DNA of 37,001 bases from a virus. Its lineage: Duplodnaviria > Caudoviricetes. The stretch covers positions 1 through 37,001 of the IMG/VR virus record IMGVR_UViG_3300012348_000089. The stretch is one strand, 5' to 3'. The first letter of the stretch is position 1. Each line of letters opens with the position of its first letter. The notes beneath the pieces are model-generated. The model searched no databases. It was given only the letters and a program-made list of their open reading frames with translations, and was not told where the DNA came from. The translations under genes were made by a program, and so were the position numbers. This document shows positions 1 through 9,875 of this stretch, in pieces.

Positions 1-55
1 ATTAACTACTAATCTAGCATCGGGAACTTACAAAGGGTACAACTACTATTCGCCG
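1..55. repeat. terminal direct repeat (assembly overlap), copy 1
   Basis: ATTAACTACT...TATTCGCCG at 1-55 is identical to 36947-37001. Confidence 0.97.
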
Positions 56-901
56 CTATTCTTTGACGGGATATTATTGTTAGGTGGCGGAGATGGTGAC
101 CTATTGCTATCGGATCAATACGATAACTTACTTATTTCAAACTATGCGGATGATTGGTTAACGGAGCGTAAGATTGACGAGGTTGAATTAATCTTTGGTA
201 AGCGTTTGTTTATATCGTTTTTAGCCAATGAGGTTACGGGCGGCAAGATTGAGGTGCAAAAGATTGACGGCAACGGGGATTTAGGTACAGCCGCAACGGG
301 TGGGGATATTGTATTTGCGGGTGAATTTAATCTGTTTGAGTTTGGTCAAGATTCAATTAATAATTACTTAGGTAGTGAATTTATTGTTGAAACCGATTAC
401 GGTTATAAAGTTCGTTTAAACTATGATGGCATTGCGTCCAACTGGATTGTTATTCGCCACGTGTGCTATGACCGAAGCAACCCCGTTAACGTTCACTTCC
501 TAAACCGTTTAGGCGGGTGGGATACATTCGGGTTCAACCTAATTAACAAGCGCCAAACTGAGTTTATTCGCAGGTCGTTTAGGCGTTTGCAGTATCAGTT
601 ATCAGGTGACCAAATGACCAATAACGACATTTATAACAGATACAATGAGGGTACGATTAACTTCAGTACCGAACATAGGGACGGTTACCGATTGATTTCA
701 GATTACATACGCGAAGAGGATTATACTTGGTTGGCTCAGTTGGTTGCTTCGCCTTTGGTTTACCTTGAGGTTAGAGGTGCTTACTTTCCCGTTACGGTTG
801 TGCAAAATAACTATGAATACAAGACTGAAAAATCAGACCAACTGTTTAACCTTGAATTAGAGATAGAGGTTTCTAAATACGTAAACAGCCAATACAGATA
901 A
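2..901 (+). CDS. distal tail (Dit-like) protein, 3' part; gene starts at 36624 and runs across the junction (407 aa in total)
   Basis: Frame of ORF 77..901 is open back to base 2 and joins in frame with ATG 36624 after circularisation; FLNRLGGWD motif; precedes hub and TMP genes. Confidence 0.7.
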   Translation, partial: LTTNLASGTYKGYNYYSPLFFDGILLLGGGDGDLLLSDQYDNLLISNYADDWLTERKIDEVELIFGKRLFISFLANEVTGGKIEVQKIDGNGDLGTAATGGDIVFAGEFNLFEFGQDSINNYLGSEFIVETDYGYKVRLNYDGIASNWIVIRHVCYDRSNPVNVHFLNRLGGWDTFGFNLINKRQTEFIRRSFRRLQYQLSGDQMTNNDIYNRYNEGTINFSTEHRDGYRLISDYIREEDYTWLAQLVASPLVYLEVRGAYFPVTVVQNNYEYKTEKSDQLFNLELEIEVSKYVNSQYR

Positions 902-902
902 T

Positions 903-2924
903 ATGCGGACACGGTTATATTTAGAGGGCATTAACTTAGACTTATACGAAGATATAGATACTACGTTTACTTATGTTATTGACGATGTAAAAGAGTTTGG
1001 AACTCGTAATACTTCATTTAGTAAAACAATAACTATTCCAGGTAATGCAGTAAACAATAAAGCATTTGGGCATATCTTTAACTTAGGTAGTGCAAATGAT
1101 TATACAAACCAAGAGCCAAACATAGGCTACAACTTTAATGCTTCTGTTTCTGCGCGTTGCGCTGTGTTTATAGACCAAGTGCAAGTTTTTAAGGGTTCGC
1201 TAAGACTAATTGAAATAATAGATACAGCAGGTGAGTTAGAGTACCAGTGTTTCGTATTTGGTGAATTAGGTGGATTGTTTTATCAGATAGGCAACAAGCG
1301 TTTGACTGATTTAAATTTTAGTGAGTACGATTTAAATTACAGTTATGCTAATATTATTTCAAGTTGGGATAATATTAACGGCTCAGGAGTTTATTTTCCT
1401 TTGACAGACTACGGAAATGTATCTACAAATAAAGAGGATTTCCAATATACAGCATTTAGACCTGCTTTGTATGTTAAAGAGTATTTAGAAAAGATATTTT
1501 CTCAAACCGATTATACAATTGAAAGTAATTTTTTATTAAGTAGCGTATTTGACAATTTAGTAATTCCGCATAACCAAAAAGAATTAACAAAATATTCAAG
1601 CAACTTTTTTCAAGGCGCACCAGCGTTTACTACTTACAATAGTACGGGCAATCAAATACAATTAACATTTACAGCATCTGCATTAGGTTCATTTACTTTG
1701 CAATCTAGTAATACCGCAATTAGAAACGATGGTTCAACTATAACTACTAATTTAGTTTTCATTGTAACGGGATTATGGGCTCAAGGTGGTAGTGCTACAT
1801 TTAATCTTAGAAAGAATGGCGCAATAATAGCTTCTACTTTTTTAGGTAGCGCATTTAGCGGCAGGTTCTTTAGTAGTACAATAACAGCTGCTAACGAATC
1901 AATCGCTACTAATGATGTTATTACTTTGACTTTAGATTGGTCAACTTCGCAGCCTTACAATTTGCAAGTAAGCGCAGGATCTATTAACTTTCAATCTTCT
2001 ACGCCTACTAGAGTAAGGGTTAATCTAGGCGATGAGATTATTATAAACGATACGATACCACAAGGTATATTCCAAAAAGACTTTGTGCTAAGTATTATAA
2101 AAATGTTTAACCTTTATGTTTACGAATCTTCTTTTGATGAAAAAAAGTTAATAATAACACCTTATGTTAATTTTTATTCAAATGAACAACCACTTAATTG
2201 GACTGATAAGATAGACCGTTCAAGTCCTATTAAGCAAATACCAATGAGTGAATTAAATGCAAGGTACTATCAATATAAGTTTAGAGAAGATAATGATTTT
2301 TACAATGAAGATTATCGTAAAGCATTTAACGAGGGTTACGGAGATAGAATATACGATACAGAGTTTGAGTTTAGTAATGAAACGGATGAACTGCAATTAA
2401 TATTTGCTGCATCGGTATTATACCAAAACGTTGGAACGGATAAAATATATCCTGCTATTTACAAGTTATCTGGAACGACAGAAACGCCAATGGATCATGT
2501 AATGAGAATTGGTAGGGCAAAAAAAATAATTTGTAATCAATACGATATACTTGATACTATAACTGTACTTGGCAGTCCTACAGCTTACGGTTATGTAGGT
2601 CATTTAGATGACCCAAACAATCCAACATCGGATATTAATTTTGGTGCACCAGAAGTATTGCAGTTTACACCAACGGGGCAATATCCAGCGGCTAACTTGT
2701 TTAATAGTTTCCATTCTGGCTACATATCTGAAATTACCGATAAAGACAGTAAGTTAGTAGTAGCCTATGCTTACTTAAATACAGTTGACATAATGAACTT
2801 AAATTTTAGTAAGTTAATTTATGTTGATGGAGTGTTATTTAGATTAAACAAAATTAACGAGTACAATCCGACTGATTTAGGTACTACTCAAATACAATTA
2901 CTCAAAGTAATAAACTTAATATAA
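903..2924 (+). CDS. tail hub/baseplate structural protein
   Basis: 673 aa; N-terminal SFSKTITIPG motif typical of siphovirus tail proteins; lies between Dit-like gene and TMP. Confidence 0.65.
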   Translation: MRTRLYLEGINLDLYEDIDTTFTYVIDDVKEFGTRNTSFSKTITIPGNAVNNKAFGHIFNLGSANDYTNQEPNIGYNFNASVSARCAVFIDQVQVFKGSLRLIEIIDTAGELEYQCFVFGELGGLFYQIGNKRLTDLNFSEYDLNYSYANIISSWDNINGSGVYFPLTDYGNVSTNKEDFQYTAFRPALYVKEYLEKIFSQTDYTIESNFLLSSVFDNLVIPHNQKELTKYSSNFFQGAPAFTTYNSTGNQIQLTFTASALGSFTLQSSNTAIRNDGSTITTNLVFIVTGLWAQGGSATFNLRKNGAIIASTFLGSAFSGRFFSSTITAANESIATNDVITLTLDWSTSQPYNLQVSAGSINFQSSTPTRVRVNLGDEIIINDTIPQGIFQKDFVLSIIKMFNLYVYESSFDEKKLIITPYVNFYSNEQPLNWTDKIDRSSPIKQIPMSELNARYYQYKFREDNDFYNEDYRKAFNEGYGDRIYDTEFEFSNETDELQLIFAASVLYQNVGTDKIYPAIYKLSGTTETPMDHVMRIGRAKKIICNQYDILDTITVLGSPTAYGYVGHLDDPNNPTSDINFGAPEVLQFTPTGQYPAANLFNSFHSGYISEITDKDSKLVVAYAYLNTVDIMNLNFSKLIYVDGVLFRLNKINEYNPTDLGTTQIQLLKVINLI

Positions 2925-4684
2925 TGGCAGAAGAAATTATAGGACTCAAGGTAGTAGTAAACGGGCAAGAAAAGGTAGTTGGTTCGGTTGGTGAGATGCG
3001 TAAGCTACTTAAAGAAGCGCAGTTTGAAGCGTTAAAGCTCTCACAACAGTTTGGTGAAACATCAGCAGAGGCTTTAGCGGCAGCTAAGGGTATCGCAATG
3101 ATGAAAGACCAAATTGCAGACGCTTCGGAAAGAGTGGACTTGTTTGACCCAGGAAAGAAGTTTCAAGTATTTGCCAATGCGGTATCGGCAGCAGGTGGGG
3201 GTATTGCAGCATTGCAGGGCGCTATGGGGTTATTGGGTAGTGAGTCCGAAGATGTACAAAAGGCTTTGCTGAAAGTTCAGTCCGCTCTAGCTTTATCTCA
3301 AGGGCTTTCAACTATTGCAGATGCACAAAAAGACTTTGAAAGATTAAGTGCTGTTATTCAGCAAACTACGCTATTTACTAAAGCAAATGACTTAGCCAAT
3401 AAAGCAACAGCGGGTTCTTTGCGGTTTATGGGCATTAGTGCAGAGGCTTCAAGCGTTGGGTTTAAAGTATTAAAAGGCGCTATCGCGGCAACTGGAATAG
3501 GTGTATTGGTTATACTATTGGGTGAAGCGGTTGCAGCGTTTGAGAACTACACAAGTGCAGCCGAAGATGCAGCTAAGGCTCAGGATGAATTTAACAAAAA
3601 GACGGTTGAATATGCAGATGCTCAGTTAAAGGGGGAGTTAGAGATATTAGATAGAAAGCAAAAGGAGTTGGTTTCTGAGGCTAAAGCTAGAGGTGCTAAC
3701 GAGGCTGAAATATTTGAGATTGAGCAATCAGGTAGACGCTTGAGATTGGCGGCATTAAACAGATATTATGAGCAAGTAAAAGGGGCAGATGATAAAGCGG
3801 CTACTGAGGTTATAAAGCAGATTAAAGATACTGAAACAGATATAACAGTTGCTCAAAACGAAGAACGTGCAAGGCGTAGAAGTAAGCAAATAGCCGACAA
3901 TGAAGCGGCGTTTATTGAGCAGCAAGAAGCATTAAAGAAAAGCATTAACGCTCAGTATCAATTAGAACTAGATGCGTACAACCAAAGAAAGGCGTTAAGG
4001 GATAGAGAGCAAGCTGAGATAATTGACGCAAGTAAAACGCTGACAGAGCAACGTGCAGAGCAAAAGATTAAAGACGAAGAACAGCGCAAGGCAGATGAAG
4101 AGGCTTTAGATAGAATGCGTGAAAGCCAATTAGGCAAAAGCATTGAGGCTCAGGTTGCCGCAAACGCTGCAAGACTAGCAAACGAAAAGCAAACATCAGA
4201 TGCAAACATAGCTATTGCAACTGCCGAAGCAGAATCTAAACGTGTTCTACTTGAAACAACCGCATCGGCTTTAACTAATCTTAGCTTAGTTGCAGGGCGT
4301 GAAACAGTTGCGGGTAAAGCGTTGGCTATCGCATCGTCTATTATAAATACTTATCAAGGTGCTACTAAGGCTTTGGCTCAAGGAGGTATTGCGGGGCCGA
4401 TTGCAGCAGCTGGTATTATTGCAGCTGGGTTAGCATCGGTTAAGCAAATAGTATCAGTTAAAGTACCAGGTGCATCAGGTGGCACTCCGTCGGTGGCAGC
4501 CCCTACACTCAATGCAGGTTCACCACTTAACCCTACAACCATTGCATCTAATCAAGTAACATTAGACCAAAGAAGTATTAACGCTATGGGCAATAGAGCT
4601 ATTAGGGCATACGTTGTAGAGTCTGAAATATCAGCAGCACAACAAAAGGTTAGACGAATACAAAGGCAGACTACGTTTGGGTAA
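2924..4684 (+). CDS. tape measure protein
   Basis: 586 aa Ala/Gln/Glu-rich helical protein with hydrophobic Gly/Ala segments (AIAATGIGVLVILLG; AGPIAAAGIIAAG). Confidence 0.8.
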   Translation: MAEEIIGLKVVVNGQEKVVGSVGEMRKLLKEAQFEALKLSQQFGETSAEALAAAKGIAMMKDQIADASERVDLFDPGKKFQVFANAVSAAGGGIAALQGAMGLLGSESEDVQKALLKVQSALALSQGLSTIADAQKDFERLSAVIQQTTLFTKANDLANKATAGSLRFMGISAEASSVGFKVLKGAIAATGIGVLVILLGEAVAAFENYTSAAEDAAKAQDEFNKKTVEYADAQLKGELEILDRKQKELVSEAKARGANEAEIFEIEQSGRRLRLAALNRYYEQVKGADDKAATEVIKQIKDTETDITVAQNEERARRRSKQIADNEAAFIEQQEALKKSINAQYQLELDAYNQRKALRDREQAEIIDASKTLTEQRAEQKIKDEEQRKADEEALDRMRESQLGKSIEAQVAANAARLANEKQTSDANIAIATAEAESKRVLLETTASALTNLSLVAGRETVAGKALAIASSIINTYQGATKALAQGGIAGPIAAAGIIAAGLASVKQIVSVKVPGASGGTPSVAAPTLNAGSPLNPTTIASNQVTLDQRSINAMGNRAIRAYVVESEISAAQQKVRRIQRQTTFG

Positions 4685-4690
4685 TCCTAT

Positions 4691-4720
4691 TTGACCAACA
4701 AAATACGGGCAACCTATTTA
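4691..4720 (+). promoter_or_regulatory. putative phage late promoter TTGACC-N17-CTATTTA
   Basis: One of 4 copies, each ending 4 nt before a structural-gene ATG (here 4725). Confidence 0.75.
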
Positions 4721-4724
4721 AGTT

Positions 4725-5318
4725 ATGGATTTGCCCGTTTTTTTATTAGATATATCCGAAGACCAACAAGCGGAAACTGAGGTTAATTACATTGCCTTAG
4801 TTGATAAACCCGCTATTAAAATAAATTGGACTGCCTTTAAAGAGGCGCCGCAACGCTTTGCAATAGACAAAGAAAAGCGCATTGTATCTGGTCCTTTAAT
4901 GGTAGCCGATATGAAAATCTACCGTAAGGATGAAGAGTTCGGCGAATATTGGGCGATATTCACAGCCGAAGCCATAGAAAAGATTGCTCAGAAATTCTAT
5001 CAAAAAGGCTTTCAATCCAACGTGAATTTAATGCACGATGGCGGTATGCAGGTTGAGGGCGCTACCATGTTTGAAAGTTGGATAGTGGATAGAAATAATG
5101 GTAAGATGCCTTTAAAGGGTTACGAAGATATTTCAAACGGATCATGGTTCGGCTCGTTTAAAGTAGAAAACGAATCAGTTTGGCAGATGGTAAAAGGCGG
5201 TTTAATTAAAGGATTTAGCGTTGAGGGAATGTTTCAATACAAGCCTAAAAAGCAAGAAATGTCTGAGGAACAAGTGTTAGAAAAGATTAAAAACTTATTG
5301 GCTCAAATTTCTATTTGA
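4725..5318 (+). CDS. prohead protease (XkdF-like)
   Basis: IALVDKPAI, NLMH and GFSVEG motifs; upstream of scaffold and MCP. Confidence 0.8.
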   Translation: MDLPVFLLDISEDQQAETEVNYIALVDKPAIKINWTAFKEAPQRFAIDKEKRIVSGPLMVADMKIYRKDEEFGEYWAIFTAEAIEKIAQKFYQKGFQSNVNLMHDGGMQVEGATMFESWIVDRNNGKMPLKGYEDISNGSWFGSFKVENESVWQMVKGGLIKGFSVEGMFQYKPKKQEMSEEQVLEKIKNLLAQISI

Positions 5319-5344
5319 CCATATTAACAAACAAATACTATTTA
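5315..5344 (+). promoter_or_regulatory. putative phage late promoter TTGACC-N17-CTATTTA
   Basis: Motif copy 4 nt upstream of ATG 5349. Confidence 0.75.
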
Positions 5345-5348
5345 GATT

Positions 5349-5891
5349 ATGGACGCAAAAACAATTTTGAAAAACATTAAGGCTTTATTCTCAGAATTAC
5401 CTGCTGAACCAGTTGCTCCTGCACCAGTTCAAGAACCCGTGCAAGTTGAAATGAAAGAATATTCATTAGCAGATGGAACTAAGGTAATGCTAGATAAGCT
5501 AGAGATTGGCGGAATGGTTACTATCAATGATTTACCTGCACCAGTTGGTGAGCATCTGTTAGCAGATGGTACAAAGATTACTTTGGATGAAGCAGGGGTT
5601 ATTGTAGAGATTGAAGCAGCAGAACCTGCTGAAGTTGTAGCACCAGTTGAAGCAGCTGCACCAGTTGCTCCAGTTCAAATGAAAGATGCAAGAGTAGATG
5701 CTTTACAAGCTGAGGTTAAGAAGTTAAAAGACGGATTTGCACAAATGGTTTCTTTGGTTGAAGCGTTAACCGAAACTCCTGCTGACGAACCTATTGAGCC
5801 TCAAAAAACTCAGTTTGGCGAAGTAATTGAAGCAAAGAAAAATCGCTACAAAGCAATTCAAGAAGTATTAGCAAAACACAAAAATAAATAG
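5349..5891 (+). CDS. capsid scaffolding protein
   Basis: Acidic, Pro/Ala-rich, repeated LADGTK, C-terminal coiled coil; between protease and MCP. Confidence 0.65.
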   Translation: MDAKTILKNIKALFSELPAEPVAPAPVQEPVQVEMKEYSLADGTKVMLDKLEIGGMVTINDLPAPVGEHLLADGTKITLDEAGVIVEIEAAEPAEVVAPVEAAAPVAPVQMKDARVDALQAEVKKLKDGFAQMVSLVEALTETPADEPIEPQKTQFGEVIEAKKNRYKAIQEVLAKHKNK

Positions 5892-5915
5892 TTTAAAATT
5901 TAAAATTAGATAACA

Positions 5916-6863
5916 ATGGCATTTAATGTATCAGCCCTAACCAACTACGTAAAGGAAGACGAAAGGTCGCTCTTTACCTCATCTTTGTTTGACGCAAAGA
6001 CCCAGCAATTAATTCAATCAGCGGGTAACGTTATGGTTGAAGTTAAGTCTGCTGCAACTGTAAACATCATGGACACAGACGCTGCGTTCCAAGACGATAG
6101 CGGTTGTGCTTTCAACGCATCAGGTACAACTACCTTTACTCAGCGTACACTAACCGTTGGTAAAATTAAAGTACAAGAGGCTTTATGTCCTAAAGACTTA
6201 GAAGCTAAGTACTTACAAAAGGCCTTACCAGCAGGTACCAACTATACCGAAATCATTTTTTCTCAAGAGTATTCTGAGCGCAAAGCAGGTAAGATTGCTG
6301 AGCAATTAGAAACCGCTATATGGCAAGGTGATACTGCAAGTACCAATATGAACTTGAATAAGTTTGATGGTTTGCAAAAAATTATTGCTAATGCATCAGG
6401 AGTTATTGACGCAAACACTACTCCATTTGTAAGTGCTACCGTAACAAGCATTACAGTTGCTAACGTATTAAGCGTTATCAAAGGAATTAAGAACGCTATT
6501 CCTGCAAGAGTTAAAGGCAAGGATGATGTTAAATTGTTCTGTGGTTGGGATATTTTTGACCTAATCGTAGATGCTCACGTTAACGCTAACTTGTTTAACT
6601 ACGGCTCTCAAAACATCGGTGACGGTACTTTCACTATTCCTGGCACTCGCTACGTTGTAGAAGCAGTACACGGTTTAGATGGTACTAACGACCTTTACGT
6701 AATGAGAACTAGCAACATGTTCTTAGGAACAGACTTGTTAAGCGACCAAGATCAGTTTGAAATGTGGTACTCTCAAGACGATAGAAATGTTAAGTTTCAC
6801 GTTGGTTTCAAAATGGGTGTACAAATTGCATTCCCTAACGAGATTGTTAAGTTTATCGTTTAA
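5916..6863 (+). CDS. major capsid protein
   Basis: 315 aa; IAEQLETAIWQGD...FDGL motif of HK97-fold capsids; strong codon bias; followed by a terminator. Confidence 0.85.
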   Translation: MAFNVSALTNYVKEDERSLFTSSLFDAKTQQLIQSAGNVMVEVKSAATVNIMDTDAAFQDDSGCAFNASGTTTFTQRTLTVGKIKVQEALCPKDLEAKYLQKALPAGTNYTEIIFSQEYSERKAGKIAEQLETAIWQGDTASTNMNLNKFDGLQKIIANASGVIDANTTPFVSATVTSITVANVLSVIKGIKNAIPARVKGKDDVKLFCGWDIFDLIVDAHVNANLFNYGSQNIGDGTFTIPGTRYVVEAVHGLDGTNDLYVMRTSNMFLGTDLLSDQDQFEMWYSQDDRNVKFHVGFKMGVQIAFPNEIVKFIV

Positions 6864-6869
6864 TTCATA

Positions 6870-6897
6870 GGGTAGGCGTAAAAACCTACCCGTTTTT
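6870..6897 (+). terminator. intrinsic terminator
   Basis: GGGTAGG-loop-CCTACCC followed by GTTTTT. Confidence 0.7.
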
Positions 6898-6911
6898 AAA
6901 AACACAATATT

Positions 6912-7424
6912 ATGGCTTGTGCCTTAACTTCGGGATATACTTTAGACTGCCGAGATTCGGTAGGTGGAGTAATTGAAATGTACTTTATTGAGGCGGGTAA
7001 TGTTACAGCCATTACAGAAGCATCAGGGGTAGTAACAGCAATTACTAAAGCGTCAGGTAAGGTTTTCCGTAAATACGAGCAAGACCAAGACGTAGCATTC
7101 TTTGTTGAAAATTTAAACAGTAACGTGCAAAACGGTACTATTTTCTATCAGCAAGAATTAACCGTTGTAATCAATAAAATGGCAACAGCTATTCGTAACG
7201 AGTTGTTATTGCTTAATAAAAATAGATTGATTGCAGTTGTTAAAGACGCTAACGGTTCTTATTGGTTGTTGGGTAAGACTAGATTTTTACACGCTACTGC
7301 TGGTAACTCAGGAACAGGTACTGCGTCAGCAGACCGTAACGGATATACTTTCACTTACACAGCTTTAGAACCATCTTTAGCGCCATCGGTTAATAGTGGA
7401 ATTATAGCTGGTTTACTAACCTAA
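6912..7424 (+). CDS. major tail tube protein (probable)
   Basis: 170 aa beta-rich protein MACALTSG...DCRDSVGG, NGYTFTYT; follows MCP. Confidence 0.65.
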   Translation: MACALTSGYTLDCRDSVGGVIEMYFIEAGNVTAITEASGVVTAITKASGKVFRKYEQDQDVAFFVENLNSNVQNGTIFYQQELTVVINKMATAIRNELLLLNKNRLIAVVKDANGSYWLLGKTRFLHATAGNSGTGTASADRNGYTFTYTALEPSLAPSVNSGIIAGLLT

Positions 7425-7444
7425 AGTATTACAGATTATTTGCG

Positions 7445-7478
7445 AAGCCTCACCTAAAAAGTGGGGCTTTGTTGTTTT
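7445..7478 (+). terminator. intrinsic terminator
   Basis: AAGCCTCAC-loop-GTGGGGCTT followed by a T-rich tail. Confidence 0.7.
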
Positions 7479-7505
7479 GACCAAAATACAAGCATTTTCT
7501 ATTTA
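7477..7505 (+). promoter_or_regulatory. putative phage late promoter TTGACC-N16-CTATTTA
   Basis: Immediately after a terminator, 4 nt before ATG 7510. Confidence 0.75.
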
Positions 7506-7509
7506 GTTT

Positions 7510-7878
7510 ATGATTAATTTGGTAAAAGGAGTTACTTCTTCAATAATTGTTACGTTAACAGAAAAGCAACTGTTAACTAACCCAAATTACCTTTTTGTGT
7601 TTACGGGGCGTACTACCAATACGGAAACTAAGTTTGTTTTATTAAATAATGCTGATATAAGCCCATCAAAAAGCAGGTATAACAAGTTTAGTTTAAATCA
7701 AGTATTATTTGCTACTTCTAAAATTCAGCAGTACACTTACAACATATACGAACAAACAAGTACAACTAATTTAAATACTGCTGGATTAAATTTATTAGAA
7801 ACAGGCATAATGGTTTTAAGTGAGCCGACGGAAGTATTCACAGAGCCAACAGCCGAAACAGAATTTACTATATTATGA
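7510..7878 (+). CDS. virion structural protein (possible head closure)
   Basis: 122 aa beta-rich ORF in the structural block, ATGA-coupled to the portal. Confidence 0.5.
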   Translation: MINLVKGVTSSIIVTLTEKQLLTNPNYLFVFTGRTTNTETKFVLLNNADISPSKSRYNKFSLNQVLFATSKIQQYTYNIYEQTSTTNLNTAGLNLLETGIMVLSEPTEVFTEPTAETEFTIL

Positions 7879-9872
7879 CAGAACCAAATATTATCATATT
7901 AAACTTTGCAGAAGCAAGACAGCCTGAATATAAGGAAAAAAAAGGCGTTGGATATATGGAATTTGGAGAGCGCAACGACTATCCTAACTATTTGCTAGAA
8001 CTTGCTCAGAAGTCTACTAAGCACGGGGCTATTATTAACAATAAAGCTAAATACATTAGTGGCAATGGTTGGACTACTGAAAGCGGGGTTGAATCACCTA
8101 TCATTAAAAAATTAATGTTAGATGTATTGCTTCGTAAGGTTGTAATAGATATTGAAACATTTGGCGGTTGTTATTTGGAAATAATTTGGTCACAGTTGGG
8201 AAGAACTATTGCTCAGGTAAATCATTTAGATTATACGCGTGTGCGAACCAATCAAGACAATACGCAGTTTTGGTATAAGAAAGAATGGAAGCAGTACGGG
8301 CGCAACGCAGAACAAGCAATCGTATTAAACGCGTTCAATCCTGCGTCAAACGATAAAAAGCAAATACTGTTTGTTAAGGAATATAGACCAGGTTCTAAGG
8401 CTTACCCGTTGCCAAGCTACATTAGTGGCTTAAACTTTATTGAATCGGATATTGAGGTTAGTAAGCACGTTTTAGGTAATGCGGCTACGGGCTTTACGCC
8501 GTCTAAAATGATTACGCTTACTAACGGTGAACCTGCGCCTGATGTGAAGAAGCAGACAACCGATATGTTTCAAAAGCGGTTTACGGGATCAGACGGATTA
8601 AAGTTTATCCTAAACTTTGTACAGAACAAAGACCAAGCACCGATAGTTGAAGACTTGGGCGCATCGGACTTGACTAAAGAAGACTTTACCGCAGTTGACA
8701 CGCTTATACAAAATAACATATTTGCGGCGCATGAAATTACATCACCGTCTTTATTCGGTATTGCGCAACCAGGGAAACTAGGCGGCACAACTGAACTGCG
8801 CGATGCTTACGAGATATTTAAGAATACATACGTAAACGATAAGCAAAGACTAATTGAGGGAGTATTTAATTTATTGGTACGTTATGCGGGTGGTACTGAG
8901 ATATTGAAAATACAGCCAGTTAACCCCGTAGGGTTGCAGGTAACAATGAGCGACTTGATTACAATGGGTGCGCCTAAAGAGTACTTGTATGAGGTTGCGG
9001 GTATTGACCCAACTAAGTACGGTATACAGCCAACTGCAACGGATGCGCCACAAGGCACTAACGAGGCGTTACGTTCGCTTACGGGTAAACAGCATCAGCA
9101 ATTATTGCGAATCATTAGGCAAGTTGGGCAGGGTAAGTTGACCCGTGAAGCCGCAACCGTAATGCTTAAAAGCGCATTAGGGTTAAACGATAGCGAAATT
9201 GAAACCATGTTAGGGGTTGACGAAATACCGCAGCAAATGAGTTCTCAAGAAGCTATTGAAGTTTTTGCAGCATTTGGCGAAAGTAAATCAAACTACAACG
9301 TATTAGCCTCTCGCGTAAGGTTTAACGATAATTCGGAATACGAAGCATTTGCAGAAGTTACGCAGACCGAAAGTAATGTATTAGACCTAATTGCTAAAGA
9401 TAAGCGCATTACCCCTGAAGTGATTGCCGATACACTAAAGTTAACCGTTGGGCGCGTTAATTCGGTTATTGATAGCGCAGTTGAAAAAGGATTAATTGAA
9501 ACCAAAGAAACAGTTGAGGGTAAGGGATTGCAGCGCAATGTTATCATTGAGCGTAAACTCACTCAGCCATTGGCAAAGATTGTTGAGCAAATAAAGCCAA
9601 AAACTACCGAGTTTTTAATTCGTTATAGCTACGAATGGCGGCCTGAAGTGCCAGTGTCAGAAAGAGATACAGCCGAACATCCTAGCCGTTCATTTTGCAA
9701 AAGATTAATGGCATTAGATAAGGTTTACAGCCGGGCAGATATTGAGCAAATCAGCAACCGTTTAGGGTACTCGGTATTTGACCGTCAAGGCGGGTGGTGG
9801 AATGATGATGGCAATACTAAGCCGCATTGCCGGCATACATGGGTAAGTCAAGTAGTAATTAAAAAATCGTAA
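7875..9872 (+). CDS. portal protein with C-terminal winged-HTH and MuF-like extension
   Basis: Portal-like first ~360 aa (FGERNDYP, IFAAHEITSPSLFGI); HTH-like ITPEVIADTLKLTVGRVNSVID; C-terminal SRSFC...GG...HCRHTW. Confidence 0.8.
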   Translation: MTEPNIIILNFAEARQPEYKEKKGVGYMEFGERNDYPNYLLELAQKSTKHGAIINNKAKYISGNGWTTESGVESPIIKKLMLDVLLRKVVIDIETFGGCYLEIIWSQLGRTIAQVNHLDYTRVRTNQDNTQFWYKKEWKQYGRNAEQAIVLNAFNPASNDKKQILFVKEYRPGSKAYPLPSYISGLNFIESDIEVSKHVLGNAATGFTPSKMITLTNGEPAPDVKKQTTDMFQKRFTGSDGLKFILNFVQNKDQAPIVEDLGASDLTKEDFTAVDTLIQNNIFAAHEITSPSLFGIAQPGKLGGTTELRDAYEIFKNTYVNDKQRLIEGVFNLLVRYAGGTEILKIQPVNPVGLQVTMSDLITMGAPKEYLYEVAGIDPTKYGIQPTATDAPQGTNEALRSLTGKQHQQLLRIIRQVGQGKLTREAATVMLKSALGLNDSEIETMLGVDEIPQQMSSQEAIEVFAAFGESKSNYNVLASRVRFNDNSEYEAFAEVTQTESNVLDLIAKDKRITPEVIADTLKLTVGRVNSVIDSAVEKGLIETKETVEGKGLQRNVIIERKLTQPLAKIVEQIKPKTTEFLIRYSYEWRPEVPVSERDTAEHPSRSFCKRLMALDKVYSRADIEQISNRLGYSVFDRQGGWWNDDGNTKPHCRHTWVSQVVIKKS

Positions 9873-9875
9873 CAA

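Noticed and set aside
1-55. Terminal repeat as a biological DTR
   Set aside because: 55 bp matches a common assembler k-mer and falls in the middle of a gene
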